A DNA stretch of 64,000 bases from Thermodesulfobacteriota bacterium (GTDB lineage Bacteria; Desulfobacterota_D; UBA1144; Nemesobacterales; UBA2774): the NCBI GenBank assembly GCA_965223335.1, contig OZ244991.1, positions 608,001 to 672,000 of the forward strand, given 5' to 3'. Position 1 is the stretch's first letter; each line of letters opens with the position of its first letter. A program made the position numbers and the translations under genes. The notes below the pieces were generated by a model. The model did not search any database, had not been told where the DNA came from, and saw only the letters and a list, made by a program, of their open reading frames with translations. This document shows, in pieces, positions 1 through 9,739 of this stretch.

Positions 1-1
1 C

Positions 2-1594
2 AGCGGAGACGCAAGCGCATTTCGCATCACACCCCAAGTCGTCGCACTACCTAAGGACACCCAAGACATAATAAACCTTGTTAAGTATGTGATTGAGCAA
101 AAAAGTAACGGCAACAAGGATATATCCTTAACACCTAGGTCCTGTGGCACGGATATGGCGGGAGGGGACCTAAACGAATCGATTATTGTTGATGTAAACG
201 CTCATATGCATAACATATGTGGGCTCTCGGAAACCATGGCCAGGGTAGAGCCCGGCACCCCGTATCGTGATTTCGAGAAAGCAACTTTCAAAAAAGGGTG
301 CATGCTGCCCAGCTACCCCGCCTCAAAGTCCATCGCATCGGTAGGGGGGATGGTAGCCAACAATTCGGGGGGCGAGAAATCGCTTAGATACGGCAAAACC
401 GAGGACTATGTCGAGGAGCTAAAGGTAATACTTAGGGATGCCAACGAGTACACTTTCAAAAAGCTAAGCAGGCCCGAGCTCGACGAAAAGATGAAAATTG
501 ACGGGCTAGAGGGAGAGATCTATAGAAGGGTTTTTCAACTCATAGACCAGAACTATGACCCTATCAAAAATGCAAAGCCCGATGTCTCCAAAAACTCCAC
601 AGGATACTCGCTTTGGAACGTGTGGGACAGAGAAACAGGTACATTCGATCTAACGCAGCTCATTGTCGGTTCCCAGGGCACACTAGGCATAGTGACTGAG
701 ATTAAGTTCCGGTTGGTACCCACAGAATCGGACTCAAAGATGTTTGTCATTTATATGCATAACCTGGATAAGCTCGGAGAGATTATTAACACAATTTTAG
801 AGTACGAACCCACGTCCATTGAATCGTATGACGATAAGACCGTAGACCTAGCGGTGAGGTATTTCCCCGAGCTGGTCATGATCATCAGCAAAACCGAGAA
901 TATTTTTAAACTGGCTTATGAGCTTGTACCCGACATGTGGATAGTCGCCACTCACGGATTACCAAAGATGGTGCTAATGGTGGAGTTCACGAGCAACTCG
1001 GTAGAGGAGATCGACAAAAAGATGGCAGAGCTTAAACAGGGCCTAAAGCAATACGACATTGGGGTACACGCCACCAAGAGCAAAGAGGAATCGGAAAAAT
1101 ACTGGACCATCCGAAGAGAAAGCTTCAACCTACTGCGCAAAAAAGTAAAAGGTAAACAGACCGTACCTTTTATTGACGATTTTATTGTAAAACCAGAGGT
1201 CATGCCCCAATTCCTAACAGATCTGCAAAAGATCTTCGATCAATACCCAGATGTGAGTTTCCCCGTCGCAGGCCATCCGGGCAACGGCAACTTCCACATC
1301 ATCCCGCTTATGGATATGACCGATGAGAAACAGAGGGCCATCATCCCCGAGCTTACCGAAAAGGTCTTTGATCTTGTGCTCAGGTACAAAGGGTCACTAA
1401 GCGCAGAACACAACGACGGGCTTATACGCGGGGCTTACCTAGAGAAAATGTATGGTGAGAAGGTGTTTAATTTATTCAAAGAGGTGAAAGAAATCTTCGA
1501 TCCGGATAAAATATTCAATCCGCACAAGAAAACCGACGCGACACTCGAATACTCGATGCAGTTTATTAAAAAAGACAATGAGCACAGTGTGTGA
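2..1594 (+). CDS. FAD-linked oxidoreductase (GlcD/D-lactate dehydrogenase-like, FAD_binding_4 + FAD-oxidase_C); 5' end lies outside the window
   Basis: The frame is open from base 2 (SGDASAFRITPQVVALPK...), upstream of the track's GTG at 89. Motifs: SVGGMVANNSGG, GSQGTLG, GHPGNGNFH, SAEHNDG, FDPDKIFNP. Confidence 0.85.
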   Translation, partial: SGDASAFRITPQVVALPKDTQDIINLVKYVIEQKSNGNKDISLTPRSCGTDMAGGDLNESIIVDVNAHMHNICGLSETMARVEPGTPYRDFEKATFKKGCMLPSYPASKSIASVGGMVANNSGGEKSLRYGKTEDYVEELKVILRDANEYTFKKLSRPELDEKMKIDGLEGEIYRRVFQLIDQNYDPIKNAKPDVSKNSTGYSLWNVWDRETGTFDLTQLIVGSQGTLGIVTEIKFRLVPTESDSKMFVIYMHNLDKLGEIINTILEYEPTSIESYDDKTVDLAVRYFPELVMIISKTENIFKLAYELVPDMWIVATHGLPKMVLMVEFTSNSVEEIDKKMAELKQGLKQYDIGVHATKSKEESEKYWTIRRESFNLLRKKVKGKQTVPFIDDFIVKPEVMPQFLTDLQKIFDQYPDVSFPVAGHPGNGNFHIIPLMDMTDEKQRAIIPELTEKVFDLVLRYKGSLSAEHNDGLIRGAYLEKMYGEKVFNLFKEVKEIFDPDKIFNPHKKTDATLEYSMQFIKKDNEHSV

Positions 1595-1623
1595 ATGGCA
1601 TCACGGAATAGCACTGCTATAAT
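1595..1623 (+). promoter_or_regulatory. Putative sigma70 promoter (extended -10) of the pentose phosphate operon
   Basis: ATGGCA-N17-TATAAT with TG at 1615-1616; SD GAGGAG precedes the tkt ATG. Confidence 0.6.
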
Positions 1624-1661
1624 ATTAAGCTTATTTGCATATCAATCCGAGGAGTTAAAAG

Positions 1662-3716
1662 ATGGAGGCAAAATCCAAGAACGTTTACAGTAAGACAGAA
1701 GAGCTGATTATCAACACGATAAGGACGCTCTCAATGGACGCAGTACAAAAGGCCAATTCCGGTCATCCGGGTACTGCGATGGCGATGGCACCCGTAGCAT
1801 ACACCATGTGGGACAAGTTTATGAAGTTCAATCCCAAAAATCCCGATATGCCCAACAGGGACCGTTTTGTGCTCTCTGCGGGGCACGCTTCCATGCTGCT
1901 CTACAGCATCCTCCACATCACCGGATTCGACGTCACATTAAGCGATATAAAAACCTTCAGGCAACTGCACAGCAAGTGTGCGGGACACCCTGAATTCGGC
2001 CTTACCCCCGGTGTTGAAACCACCACCGGCCCACTGGGGCAGGGCGCTGCCACATCGGTCGGTATGGCAATTGCTGAGCGCTGGCTCGCGGACTATTTCA
2101 ACCGCCCGGGACACGAGATCATAGACTATAACGTATTTGCCATAGCCGGCGACGGCTGCATGATGGAAGGCATATCTGGCGAGGCTGCATCGCTGGCCGG
2201 TCACCTCGGGCTTAGCAACCTGGTCTGGATATACGACAACAATCATATCACCATAGAGGGCCACACAGCACTGGCCTTCACCGAAGACGTGGCAGCCAGG
2301 TTCATGGGCTATAACTGGCACGTCCAGAGAGTGGGTGACGCCAACGACCTCGAGATGCTTGAGGAGGCATTAGGGCGAGCGATAAAAGAAAAAGAAAGCC
2401 CGTCTTTAATCATTGTAGACAGTCACATAGGGTACGGCAGCCCCAACAAACAGGACACCTCTGCTGCTCATGGTGAGCCGCTCGGTGAGGAAGAGATTCG
2501 TAAAACAAAAATCAATTATGGTTGGCCTCCCAACAAAAAATTCTTTGTGCCCCCCGAGGTTAAAAAATACAGGACCCAGATTGTACAAAGAGGTAAGGTA
2601 TTTGAGCAGGAGTGGAACAAAAAGTTTAGGTCCTATAAACGGGAATACCCTGACCTGGCCAAAGAGTTTAAACTAATGCAAAACCACGAGATGCCTGAGG
2701 GCTGGGAAAAATGCATACCTACCTTCCCGACAGACCCGAAGGGCCCTGCTACAAGAACCGCCAATCACAAGATATTAAACTCGATCGCATCCAGTTATCC
2801 CTGGCTCCTGGGAGGTGCCGGAGACGTGGGCCCGTCCACTAAAACTTATATAGACAACGCCCGGAGTTTCGAAAGAGGAGTATACGGGGGTAGGAACTTT
2901 CATTTCGGGGTTAGAGAAAACGCTATGGCGGCTGTTGCAAACGGCATGGCGCTCAGCAAGCTAAGGCCCTACGCCGCGTGCTACTTCGTTTTCTCAGATT
3001 ATATGCGGGCACCGCTAAGGCTTTCTTGCCTCATGCAAAACCCAGTGATCTATATATTTACTCACGACAGCATCGGGCTTGGGGAAGACGGCCCTACACA
3101 CCAGCCCATCGAGCACCTCGCCGCACTCAGAGCAATGCCCAACCTAGACGTCATAAGACCCGCCGATGCCAACGAGCTTAGTGTGCTGTGGAAATACGTT
3201 ATGGAGGTTAAAAACCGTCCTGTTGCACTCATACTGACGCGCCAAAACATACCTACTATCGATCGATCCAAGTATCTGCCGGCCGAGGGTGCGCTTAAGG
3301 GTGCATACATACTCGCCGACTGCAAAGGCAAACCCGATGTCATACTTATAGGCACGGGGTCCGAGATCCACCTCTGCCTTGGGGCCTATGAAAAACTTAA
3401 AAAACAAAATGTGAAAGCCAGGGTAGTGAGCATGCCCTGCTGGACTTTGTTTGAGCTTCAAGACGAAGAATACACAGAGCAGGTGCTGCCGCGTAATGTG
3501 CGTGCACGTGTCGCGGTTGAGGCCGGCTCAACACATGGATGGGGTCGTTATGTGGGGCGCCGTCGTCTAGACGGTGGGGTTGTAGGAATGCATACATTCG
3601 GCGAATCCGCTCCTATTGCCGATCTCCTGCCCGCATTTGGCCTTACAATAGACGGTGTAGTCAAAGAGGCCAGGCTTGTTATGAACAGGGTTAACGGTAA
3701 GAAGCGCAGTAAGTAA
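1662..3716 (+). CDS. tkt: Transketolase
   Basis: ANSGHPG, RDRFVLSAGH, TTGPLGQG, GDG...N TPP motif, THDSIGLGEDGPTHQP. Confidence 0.97.
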   Translation: MEAKSKNVYSKTEELIINTIRTLSMDAVQKANSGHPGTAMAMAPVAYTMWDKFMKFNPKNPDMPNRDRFVLSAGHASMLLYSILHITGFDVTLSDIKTFRQLHSKCAGHPEFGLTPGVETTTGPLGQGAATSVGMAIAERWLADYFNRPGHEIIDYNVFAIAGDGCMMEGISGEAASLAGHLGLSNLVWIYDNNHITIEGHTALAFTEDVAARFMGYNWHVQRVGDANDLEMLEEALGRAIKEKESPSLIIVDSHIGYGSPNKQDTSAAHGEPLGEEEIRKTKINYGWPPNKKFFVPPEVKKYRTQIVQRGKVFEQEWNKKFRSYKREYPDLAKEFKLMQNHEMPEGWEKCIPTFPTDPKGPATRTANHKILNSIASSYPWLLGGAGDVGPSTKTYIDNARSFERGVYGGRNFHFGVRENAMAAVANGMALSKLRPYAACYFVFSDYMRAPLRLSCLMQNPVIYIFTHDSIGLGEDGPTHQPIEHLAALRAMPNLDVIRPADANELSVLWKYVMEVKNRPVALILTRQNIPTIDRSKYLPAEGALKGAYILADCKGKPDVILIGTGSEIHLCLGAYEKLKKQNVKARVVSMPCWTLFELQDEEYTEQVLPRNVRARVAVEAGSTHGWGRYVGRRRLDGGVVGMHTFGESAPIADLLPAFGLTIDGVVKEARLVMNRVNGKKRSK

Positions 3717-3761
3717 AGGGTCAATTAGTCTAAGAACAATTAAGTTACTAAGGAGGGTTCT

Positions 3762-6587
3762 ATGTCCAGAATTAATGAACTGGCAGATCTAGGACAATCG
3801 ATTTGGTACGACTATATAAGGCGGTCTTTTATTACTGGGGGCGAGCTAAAGGCACTTATTGACGAGGGGCTTAGGGGTGAGACCTCCAACCCCTCTATCT
3901 TAGAGAAAGCAATTGCAGGTAGTGCCGATTATGACGAAGACCTGAAATTACTGGTGGATCAAAACAAATCTGTAAACGAGATCTACGAAGCACTGGCACT
4001 AAAGGACATTGCCCTTGCCGCAGACGAGTTCAGGCCGCTCTACGAGAAAACCGGGGGAGCTGACGGCTATATAAGCCTCGAGGTAAGCCCAACTCTGGCT
4101 AACGATACGAAACAAACGATCAAGGACGCTAAACGGTATTTTGTAGCTTTAGGAAGACCTAACGTAATGATAAAGGTGCCTGCCACACCTGCAGGGATTC
4201 CCGCAATTACAGCACTTATAAGCTCGGGCATTAACATAAATGTCACACTCATGTTCAGTTTAGAGCAGTACAAGGCCGTGTCCGAGGCCTACATTAAGGG
4301 GCTTGAGATTCTGGCTGCTAACGGACCCACGGTTTTTAAGGGTCACACTGTAGACCGCGTGGCATCCGTGGCATCGTTCTTTGTAAGCCGCGTGGACACA
4401 GCCGTAGACGTAGAGCTCGAGAAGATCGGCAACAAGGACCTTCAGGGCAAAATAGCTATCGCCAACGCAAAAGTAACCTACGAATACTTCAAAAAAACAT
4501 TTAAGGGCCCCAGGTGGAATGCCCTTGCAAAACAAGGCGCCAATGTACAAAGAGTGCTCTGGGCCAGCACCAGCACCAAAAACCCTGCTTATCCCGACAC
4601 CCTATATGTGGACGAGCTTATAGGACCCATGACCGTAAACACAGTCCCCCCTGCAACTTACAAGAATTTCAGGGATCACGGCACAGTCTCCATCACGTTG
4701 ACTAAAGGAGTTTCACGGGCAAAAGCCGACCTCGAAAAACTGGCTAAGTTGGGCATAGACCTCAAAAAGATAACTAACGACTTACTAACAGACGGTGTGC
4801 ATAAATTCGCCAAATCCTTTGAAACACTTATGCAAAGCATCGCAGATAAAAGAGAAACCCTACTTAGTCTACGTGAGCCCTACTCGGCAAACCTGGGCGA
4901 CTTTCAACCCGCGGTAGATAAAGCTCTCGATAAAATCAAAAAGAAAAACATTCTCCAGAAAATCTGGAATTTTGACTTCCTCGTATGGGAAGACGAGCCC
5001 ACAGAGATAAGCAACCGTTTGGGCTGGCTCCACATCCCCGAGGTAATACAAGACGCACTGCCTGCGATCAATAAGATTGTGGACGACGTGCGCGAAGAGG
5101 GATACACACAGGCACTCTTGTTGGGTATGGGAGGGTCGAGTCTAGCACCGATTGTCATACGTGAGACATTCGGCATTCGTGACGGCTACCTGGATTATCA
5201 GGTCCTCGACAGCACAGATCCGGGAGCTGTTCTAGAGCACCGTAACCAACTCGATCTATCGAAAACACTATTTATGGTCTCCACAAAATCAGGTGGTACC
5301 GCTGAGTCCCTATCGTTCATGAAGTACTTCTATAACGAGGTGCAGAAAAAGGTCGGCAAGAGAGAGGTAGGAAAACACTTTGTCGCCATAACAGACCCGG
5401 GAAGCCCACTTGTAAAACTGGCATCGGACCTAAAATTTAGAAAAACATTCCTAAACGACCCGAACATTGGGGGAAGGTACTCGGCACTGTCCTATGTGGG
5501 TATTGTGCCTGCTGCTTTCGCAGGTGTCGACCTCGACACACTTTTGGAAAGGGCTGTTAAAATGCTCCATAACAACGAGAGCTGTAACTGCCCTGTGGAC
5601 GGGGACAATTCCGGGGTATGGCTGGGAGCAATCCTGGGCGAGCTTACTAAGGCCGGTCACGACAAGGTCACACTCATAGCCTCACCCCCGATTGAGAGCT
5701 TTGGCTCGTGGGTTGAGCAGTTAATAGCTGAGAGCACCGGCAAAAGCGGCAAGGGTATACTGCCGGTCGACCGCGAGCCTATAGGTGAGCCCAGGGACTA
5801 TGCAAACGACAGACTGTTCGTGTACCTTAGGCTTGCTCACAACAACACATACGACAAAAAGGTAAGTGCTCTAGAAGACGCCGGCTACCCGGTAGTAAGA
5901 ATCAACTTGCAGGACATATACGATATAGGCGGGGAGTTCTTTAGATGGGAGATGGCCATCGCTATTGCAGGGATGATCATAGGTATCCATCCGTTTAATC
6001 AGCCTAACGTAGAGGCCGCAAAGGTGCTCGCGCGCAAGATGATTGCAGAGTACGAAAAGAAAGGCAAATTGCCCGAGATTAAACCCACAGCTATGGACAA
6101 CGGCATTACTGTCTACTCAGATTTCAAAACCGATAGTGTTTCTAGCGCCATGACCAAGTTCCTGTCATTTGCAAAAAAAGGCAAAAACGAGTCGAAAGGC
6201 CGGAGCTACGTAACCCTCCAGGCCTATATCGAACCCACAGACAAGAACTACGATGCACTGCAAAAACTTCGCAAAAAAATAATGACTGAATACAGACTTG
6301 CTACAACGTCGGGGTTCGGCCCCAGGTTTCTCCACTCCACGGGCCAGCTTCACAAAGGCGACGCAGGCAACGGGCTCTTTATACAGTTCACTTCCGATAT
6401 GCCAAAAGACCTTCCTATACCAAATGAAGCAGGGAAAAAGGCTTCATCAATGAGCTTCGGGGTACTAAAGAATGCGCAGGTGCTGGGGGACCGAAAAGCC
6501 CTCTTGGATAGGGGACGTAAAGTAATCACATTTAATCTCGGCAAGGACACGGTAAGCGGTATCGATAAAATAAGGGAAAGTTTTTAG
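3762..6587 (+). CDS. tal-pgi: Bifunctional transaldolase / glucose-6-phosphate isomerase fusion
   Basis: N-terminal half: TSNP, ISLEVSP, MIKVPAT, SFFVSR, LWAST. C-terminal SIS/PGI half: GMGGSSL, STKSGGT, GGRYSALS, GPRFLHSTGQLHKG. Confidence 0.93.
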   Translation: MSRINELADLGQSIWYDYIRRSFITGGELKALIDEGLRGETSNPSILEKAIAGSADYDEDLKLLVDQNKSVNEIYEALALKDIALAADEFRPLYEKTGGADGYISLEVSPTLANDTKQTIKDAKRYFVALGRPNVMIKVPATPAGIPAITALISSGININVTLMFSLEQYKAVSEAYIKGLEILAANGPTVFKGHTVDRVASVASFFVSRVDTAVDVELEKIGNKDLQGKIAIANAKVTYEYFKKTFKGPRWNALAKQGANVQRVLWASTSTKNPAYPDTLYVDELIGPMTVNTVPPATYKNFRDHGTVSITLTKGVSRAKADLEKLAKLGIDLKKITNDLLTDGVHKFAKSFETLMQSIADKRETLLSLREPYSANLGDFQPAVDKALDKIKKKNILQKIWNFDFLVWEDEPTEISNRLGWLHIPEVIQDALPAINKIVDDVREEGYTQALLLGMGGSSLAPIVIRETFGIRDGYLDYQVLDSTDPGAVLEHRNQLDLSKTLFMVSTKSGGTAESLSFMKYFYNEVQKKVGKREVGKHFVAITDPGSPLVKLASDLKFRKTFLNDPNIGGRYSALSYVGIVPAAFAGVDLDTLLERAVKMLHNNESCNCPVDGDNSGVWLGAILGELTKAGHDKVTLIASPPIESFGSWVEQLIAESTGKSGKGILPVDREPIGEPRDYANDRLFVYLRLAHNNTYDKKVSALEDAGYPVVRINLQDIYDIGGEFFRWEMAIAIAGMIIGIHPFNQPNVEAAKVLARKMIAEYEKKGKLPEIKPTAMDNGITVYSDFKTDSVSSAMTKFLSFAKKGKNESKGRSYVTLQAYIEPTDKNYDALQKLRKKIMTEYRLATTSGFGPRFLHSTGQLHKGDAGNGLFIQFTSDMPKDLPIPNEAGKKASSMSFGVLKNAQVLGDRKALLDRGRKVITFNLGKDTVSGIDKIRESF

Positions 6588-6598
6588 ACCGAACTAAA

Positions 6599-7333
6599 GT
6601 GATAAGCTCATTCCTATTTGATCTAGACGGCACACTTGTGCAAACAGAGGCACTTAAGGCTGAGTCATATGCACGGGCAGCCGTGGTGTTGGACCCCACA
6701 CTTACAGAGCAGGAAGTAATAGACGCTTTTAAAGATTTTGTGGGCCTGTCGAGAAAAGAGGTAGCCGAGGGGCTCATGAATAGATTTAACCTAGAGCCCA
6801 AGGCGAGTGCGCTTATGACCCGCTTTAATGTGCAACAGCCCTGGCAGGCATACGTGCACCTACGGATGGAGAACTACTACGAGATGATCTCAGACCCGGA
6901 GATTCTAAAGAGCCACCTCTGTCCCTATAACATGGGTCTGCTCAAGTGGGCGCGTGGAGAAAACTACCCCACAGGACTTGCCACCATGTCGCAAAGAAGA
7001 GAGGCGACTAGGGTGCTCAAGGTACTTAGGATCACAGACGAGTTCGATTTTATCGCTACTATTGAAGACGTTGACCGCGGGAAACCCAACCCTGAAATCT
7101 ATCTGCTCCTCTCGGACGAGTTGGAGATAGACCCGGACTCGTGCCTAGTTATTGAAGACTCGGCCTCGGGTGTAAAGGCCGCACTCGCCGCCGGCATGAA
7201 CTGTATAGTGGTCACAACAGAGTTTACAAGAGACGCAGTACATCGGTTAAACTCAAATGGGAACATGGTTATATTAGATTCTCCGAAAGAGTTGTTAGAT
7301 GTAGCAAAGGATTTTATTAACCGCAAAAGATAG
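6599..7333 (+). CDS. HAD family phosphatase (beta-phosphoglucomutase-like)
   Basis: FDLDGTL motif I, GKPNPEIY, VIEDSASG. Confidence 0.85.
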   Translation: MISSFLFDLDGTLVQTEALKAESYARAAVVLDPTLTEQEVIDAFKDFVGLSRKEVAEGLMNRFNLEPKASALMTRFNVQQPWQAYVHLRMENYYEMISDPEILKSHLCPYNMGLLKWARGENYPTGLATMSQRREATRVLKVLRITDEFDFIATIEDVDRGKPNPEIYLLLSDELEIDPDSCLVIEDSASGVKAALAAGMNCIVVTTEFTRDAVHRLNSNGNMVILDSPKELLDVAKDFINRKR

Positions 7334-7350
7334 ACTAGGAGAGAACATAG

Positions 7351-8085
7351 TTGAGCACGTCCCTTACAAACGGCAAACAGAACCTGCTTCAGACCCTAAA
7401 GAAAGAGGCCGCTCTAAACGCCGTGAACTTCGTAGAATCGGGCATGGTGCTCGGACTCGGGACGGGGAGTACTACCAAGTATGCGCTTGAGGAGATTGGA
7501 CGCAGACTAAAGAGCGGCAAACTGACCGATATAATCGGCATACCCAGTTCCATCCGCACAGAGGAGTCGGCCAAAGAGTACGGGATACCTATTGTTACAT
7601 TTGACGATAAACAGTCCCTCGACCTCACAATCGACGGCGCCGATGAAGTCGATGCCGAGCTAAACCTTATCAAGGGAGGGGGCGGTGCGCTGCTTAGAGA
7701 AAAAGTACTGGCCCAATCGAGCAAAAGAAATATCATGATTGTGGACGAGACAAAACTCTCGCCCAAGCTCGGAACCCACAGGCCGTTACCTGTAGAGGTA
7801 GTGCCCTTTGCATGGAAACCTGTTGCAGAGTATATAAAATCGCTTGGAGGCACTCCAAAACTCAGACTTACCGATAATGAAACTCCCTATAATACCGATC
7901 AAAGCAACTACATATTGGACTGTGACTTCGGTCCCATATCCAACCTGGAAGTACTGGCCGCAAGCCTGGAAGCACGAGCCGGGATCGTAGAACACGGATT
8001 GTTTATAGGTACTGCAACCGAGGTAATTGCAGCCACAGAAAGAGGCATCAGGTACTTAAAGAGAACAAAAGAATCAAATACCTAG
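7351..8085 (+). CDS. rpiA: Ribose-5-phosphate isomerase A
   Basis: LGLGTGST, IDGADEVD, IKGGGGALLREK. TTG start after AGGAG. Confidence 0.96.
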   Translation: MSTSLTNGKQNLLQTLKKEAALNAVNFVESGMVLGLGTGSTTKYALEEIGRRLKSGKLTDIIGIPSSIRTEESAKEYGIPIVTFDDKQSLDLTIDGADEVDAELNLIKGGGGALLREKVLAQSSKRNIMIVDETKLSPKLGTHRPLPVEVVPFAWKPVAEYIKSLGGTPKLRLTDNETPYNTDQSNYILDCDFGPISNLEVLAASLEARAGIVEHGLFIGTATEVIAATERGIRYLKRTKESNT

Positions 8086-8088
8086 GTA

Positions 8089-8754
8089 TTGTCTATGACG
8101 GTCTCAATCGAACCCTCATTGCTCTCGGCGGATTACAACAAACTAGGCGAAGCAGCGCTTAGTGCTGAAAAAGCCGGGGTGAGTGCCGTTCAGATCGATG
8201 TCATGGACGGCAGATTTGTACCCAACATTAATTTCGGCCCCCAAGTGGTCTCTGCACTAAGGCCCGTTGTGAATTTAATGCTGGATGTGCATCTCATGAT
8301 AGAGGAGCCGATCCGTTTTATTAGGGCTTTTGTTGAAGCAGGTGCAGACCGAATAATCGTACACCAAGAAGCATGTACCCACCTCCATAGAACTCTCGAA
8401 TCCATTAAAGAACACGGCGTTTTGGCCGGGATCACACTTAACCCCGCAACGCCTGCTAATCTGATATACGAAGTGTTGGATTTGGCTGATTATATTCAGG
8501 TCATGGGTGTTAATCCCGGGTTCGGAGGACAAAAATTCATCCACTCTCAACTCGACAAGATAAAAGAGATAAATGAAAAGCTAGCGGCATTGGACATCGA
8601 TAAACCGATCGGTCTTGACGGCGGTATAAGTACTGAGACTGCACCATTGGTAGTTGAGGCCGGGGCTACGGTACTAGTGGCCGGATCCAGTGTATACAAC
8701 TCACGGGGTAGTGTTGAGGAAAACATAAAAGCACTGCTTCAAACAGTAGAGTAG
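8089..8754 (+). CDS. rpe: Ribulose-phosphate 3-epimerase
   Basis: PSLLSAD, DVMDGRFVPN, DVHLM, MGVNPGFGGQ, DGG, VAGS. Confidence 0.95.
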   Translation: MSMTVSIEPSLLSADYNKLGEAALSAEKAGVSAVQIDVMDGRFVPNINFGPQVVSALRPVVNLMLDVHLMIEEPIRFIRAFVEAGADRIIVHQEACTHLHRTLESIKEHGVLAGITLNPATPANLIYEVLDLADYIQVMGVNPGFGGQKFIHSQLDKIKEINEKLAALDIDKPIGLDGGISTETAPLVVEAGATVLVAGSSVYNSRGSVEENIKALLQTVE

Positions 8755-8828
8755 TGTTTTCATTACCCACAAAAAATGTTAAGAATTACAATGATGGACA
8801 GAAAATTCAGCAATTCAAGGAGGGAATC

Positions 8829-9725
8829 ATGAAAATTGGAATGATAGGACTTGGAAAGATGGGCGGAAATATGACAGAGAGGCTTCTTAGAGACGGCCAC
8901 AAAGTAGTCGCATACAACCTAACACCCGGGCCAATTGAGGAAGCAGCTAAAAAAGGGGCTATACCGGCTAAATCCCTTAAGGATCTGGTCAGAAAACTAC
9001 CCAGGAAAAAGGTAGTGTGGCTAATGGTCCCGGCCGGAAAACCTGTAGATCAAAACATTAGGGAGCTAAAAACACTTCTTACAAAAGGCGATATCATCAT
9101 CGATGGAGGGAACTCGGAATGGCAGGATTCTCAGAAGCGGGCTAAGTCAGTAGCACCAAAAGGTATCAATTTTATAGACTGTGGGGTAAGCGGTGGTGTG
9201 TGGGGACTAAAAGAGGGCTACTGCCTTATGTACGGCGGAGACAAAAACGCGTGCGACTACGCAGAACCCATCTTTAAAACCCTGGCACCGAAAAAGGGTT
9301 ATCTGTATTGCGGGCCCGTCGGATCGGGGCACTATGTAAAAATGGTTCATAACGGTATTGAGTACGGACTACTCCAGGCCTATGCTGAGGGGTTTGCAGT
9401 ACTAGAGAGCTCGGAATTCGACCTCGACCTTCGTGCCATTAGCAGTGTTTGGCAGTACGGCAGTGTGATCCGCTCTTGGATTCTCGAGTTGGCCGAAAGG
9501 GTGTTTAAGGCCGATCCGACACTAGAAGACTTGGAACCCTATGTTTGGGACAGTGGCGAGGGACGCTGGACAGTTGAAGCCGCGATCCGTCAAAACGTCC
9601 CCGCACCGATTATCACTGCCTCGTTGATAGCCCGGCTGCAGTCGCGCGACTCGGACTCGTTCTCTATGAAGACCATTGCGGCGCTTAGAAACCAGTTTGG
9701 CGGACACGCTGTCAAAAAGAAATAG
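8829..9725 (+). CDS. gnd: Decarboxylating 6-phosphogluconate dehydrogenase (short YqeC/GntZ type)
   Basis: GMIGLGKMG, DGGNS, VKMVHNGIEYG, SGEGRWT, RNQFGGH. Start moved from the track's 8754 to ATG 8829, which follows SD AAGGAGG. Confidence 0.93.
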   Translation: MKIGMIGLGKMGGNMTERLLRDGHKVVAYNLTPGPIEEAAKKGAIPAKSLKDLVRKLPRKKVVWLMVPAGKPVDQNIRELKTLLTKGDIIIDGGNSEWQDSQKRAKSVAPKGINFIDCGVSGGVWGLKEGYCLMYGGDKNACDYAEPIFKTLAPKKGYLYCGPVGSGHYVKMVHNGIEYGLLQAYAEGFAVLESSEFDLDLRAISSVWQYGSVIRSWILELAERVFKADPTLEDLEPYVWDSGEGRWTVEAAIRQNVPAPIITASLIARLQSRDSDSFSMKTIAALRNQFGGHAVKKK

Positions 9726-9739
9726 GAAAGGGGGAGAAA

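Noticed and set aside
8754..8828. N-terminal extension of gnd in the ORF track
   Set aside because: The SD and Rossmann motif place the start at ATG 8829.
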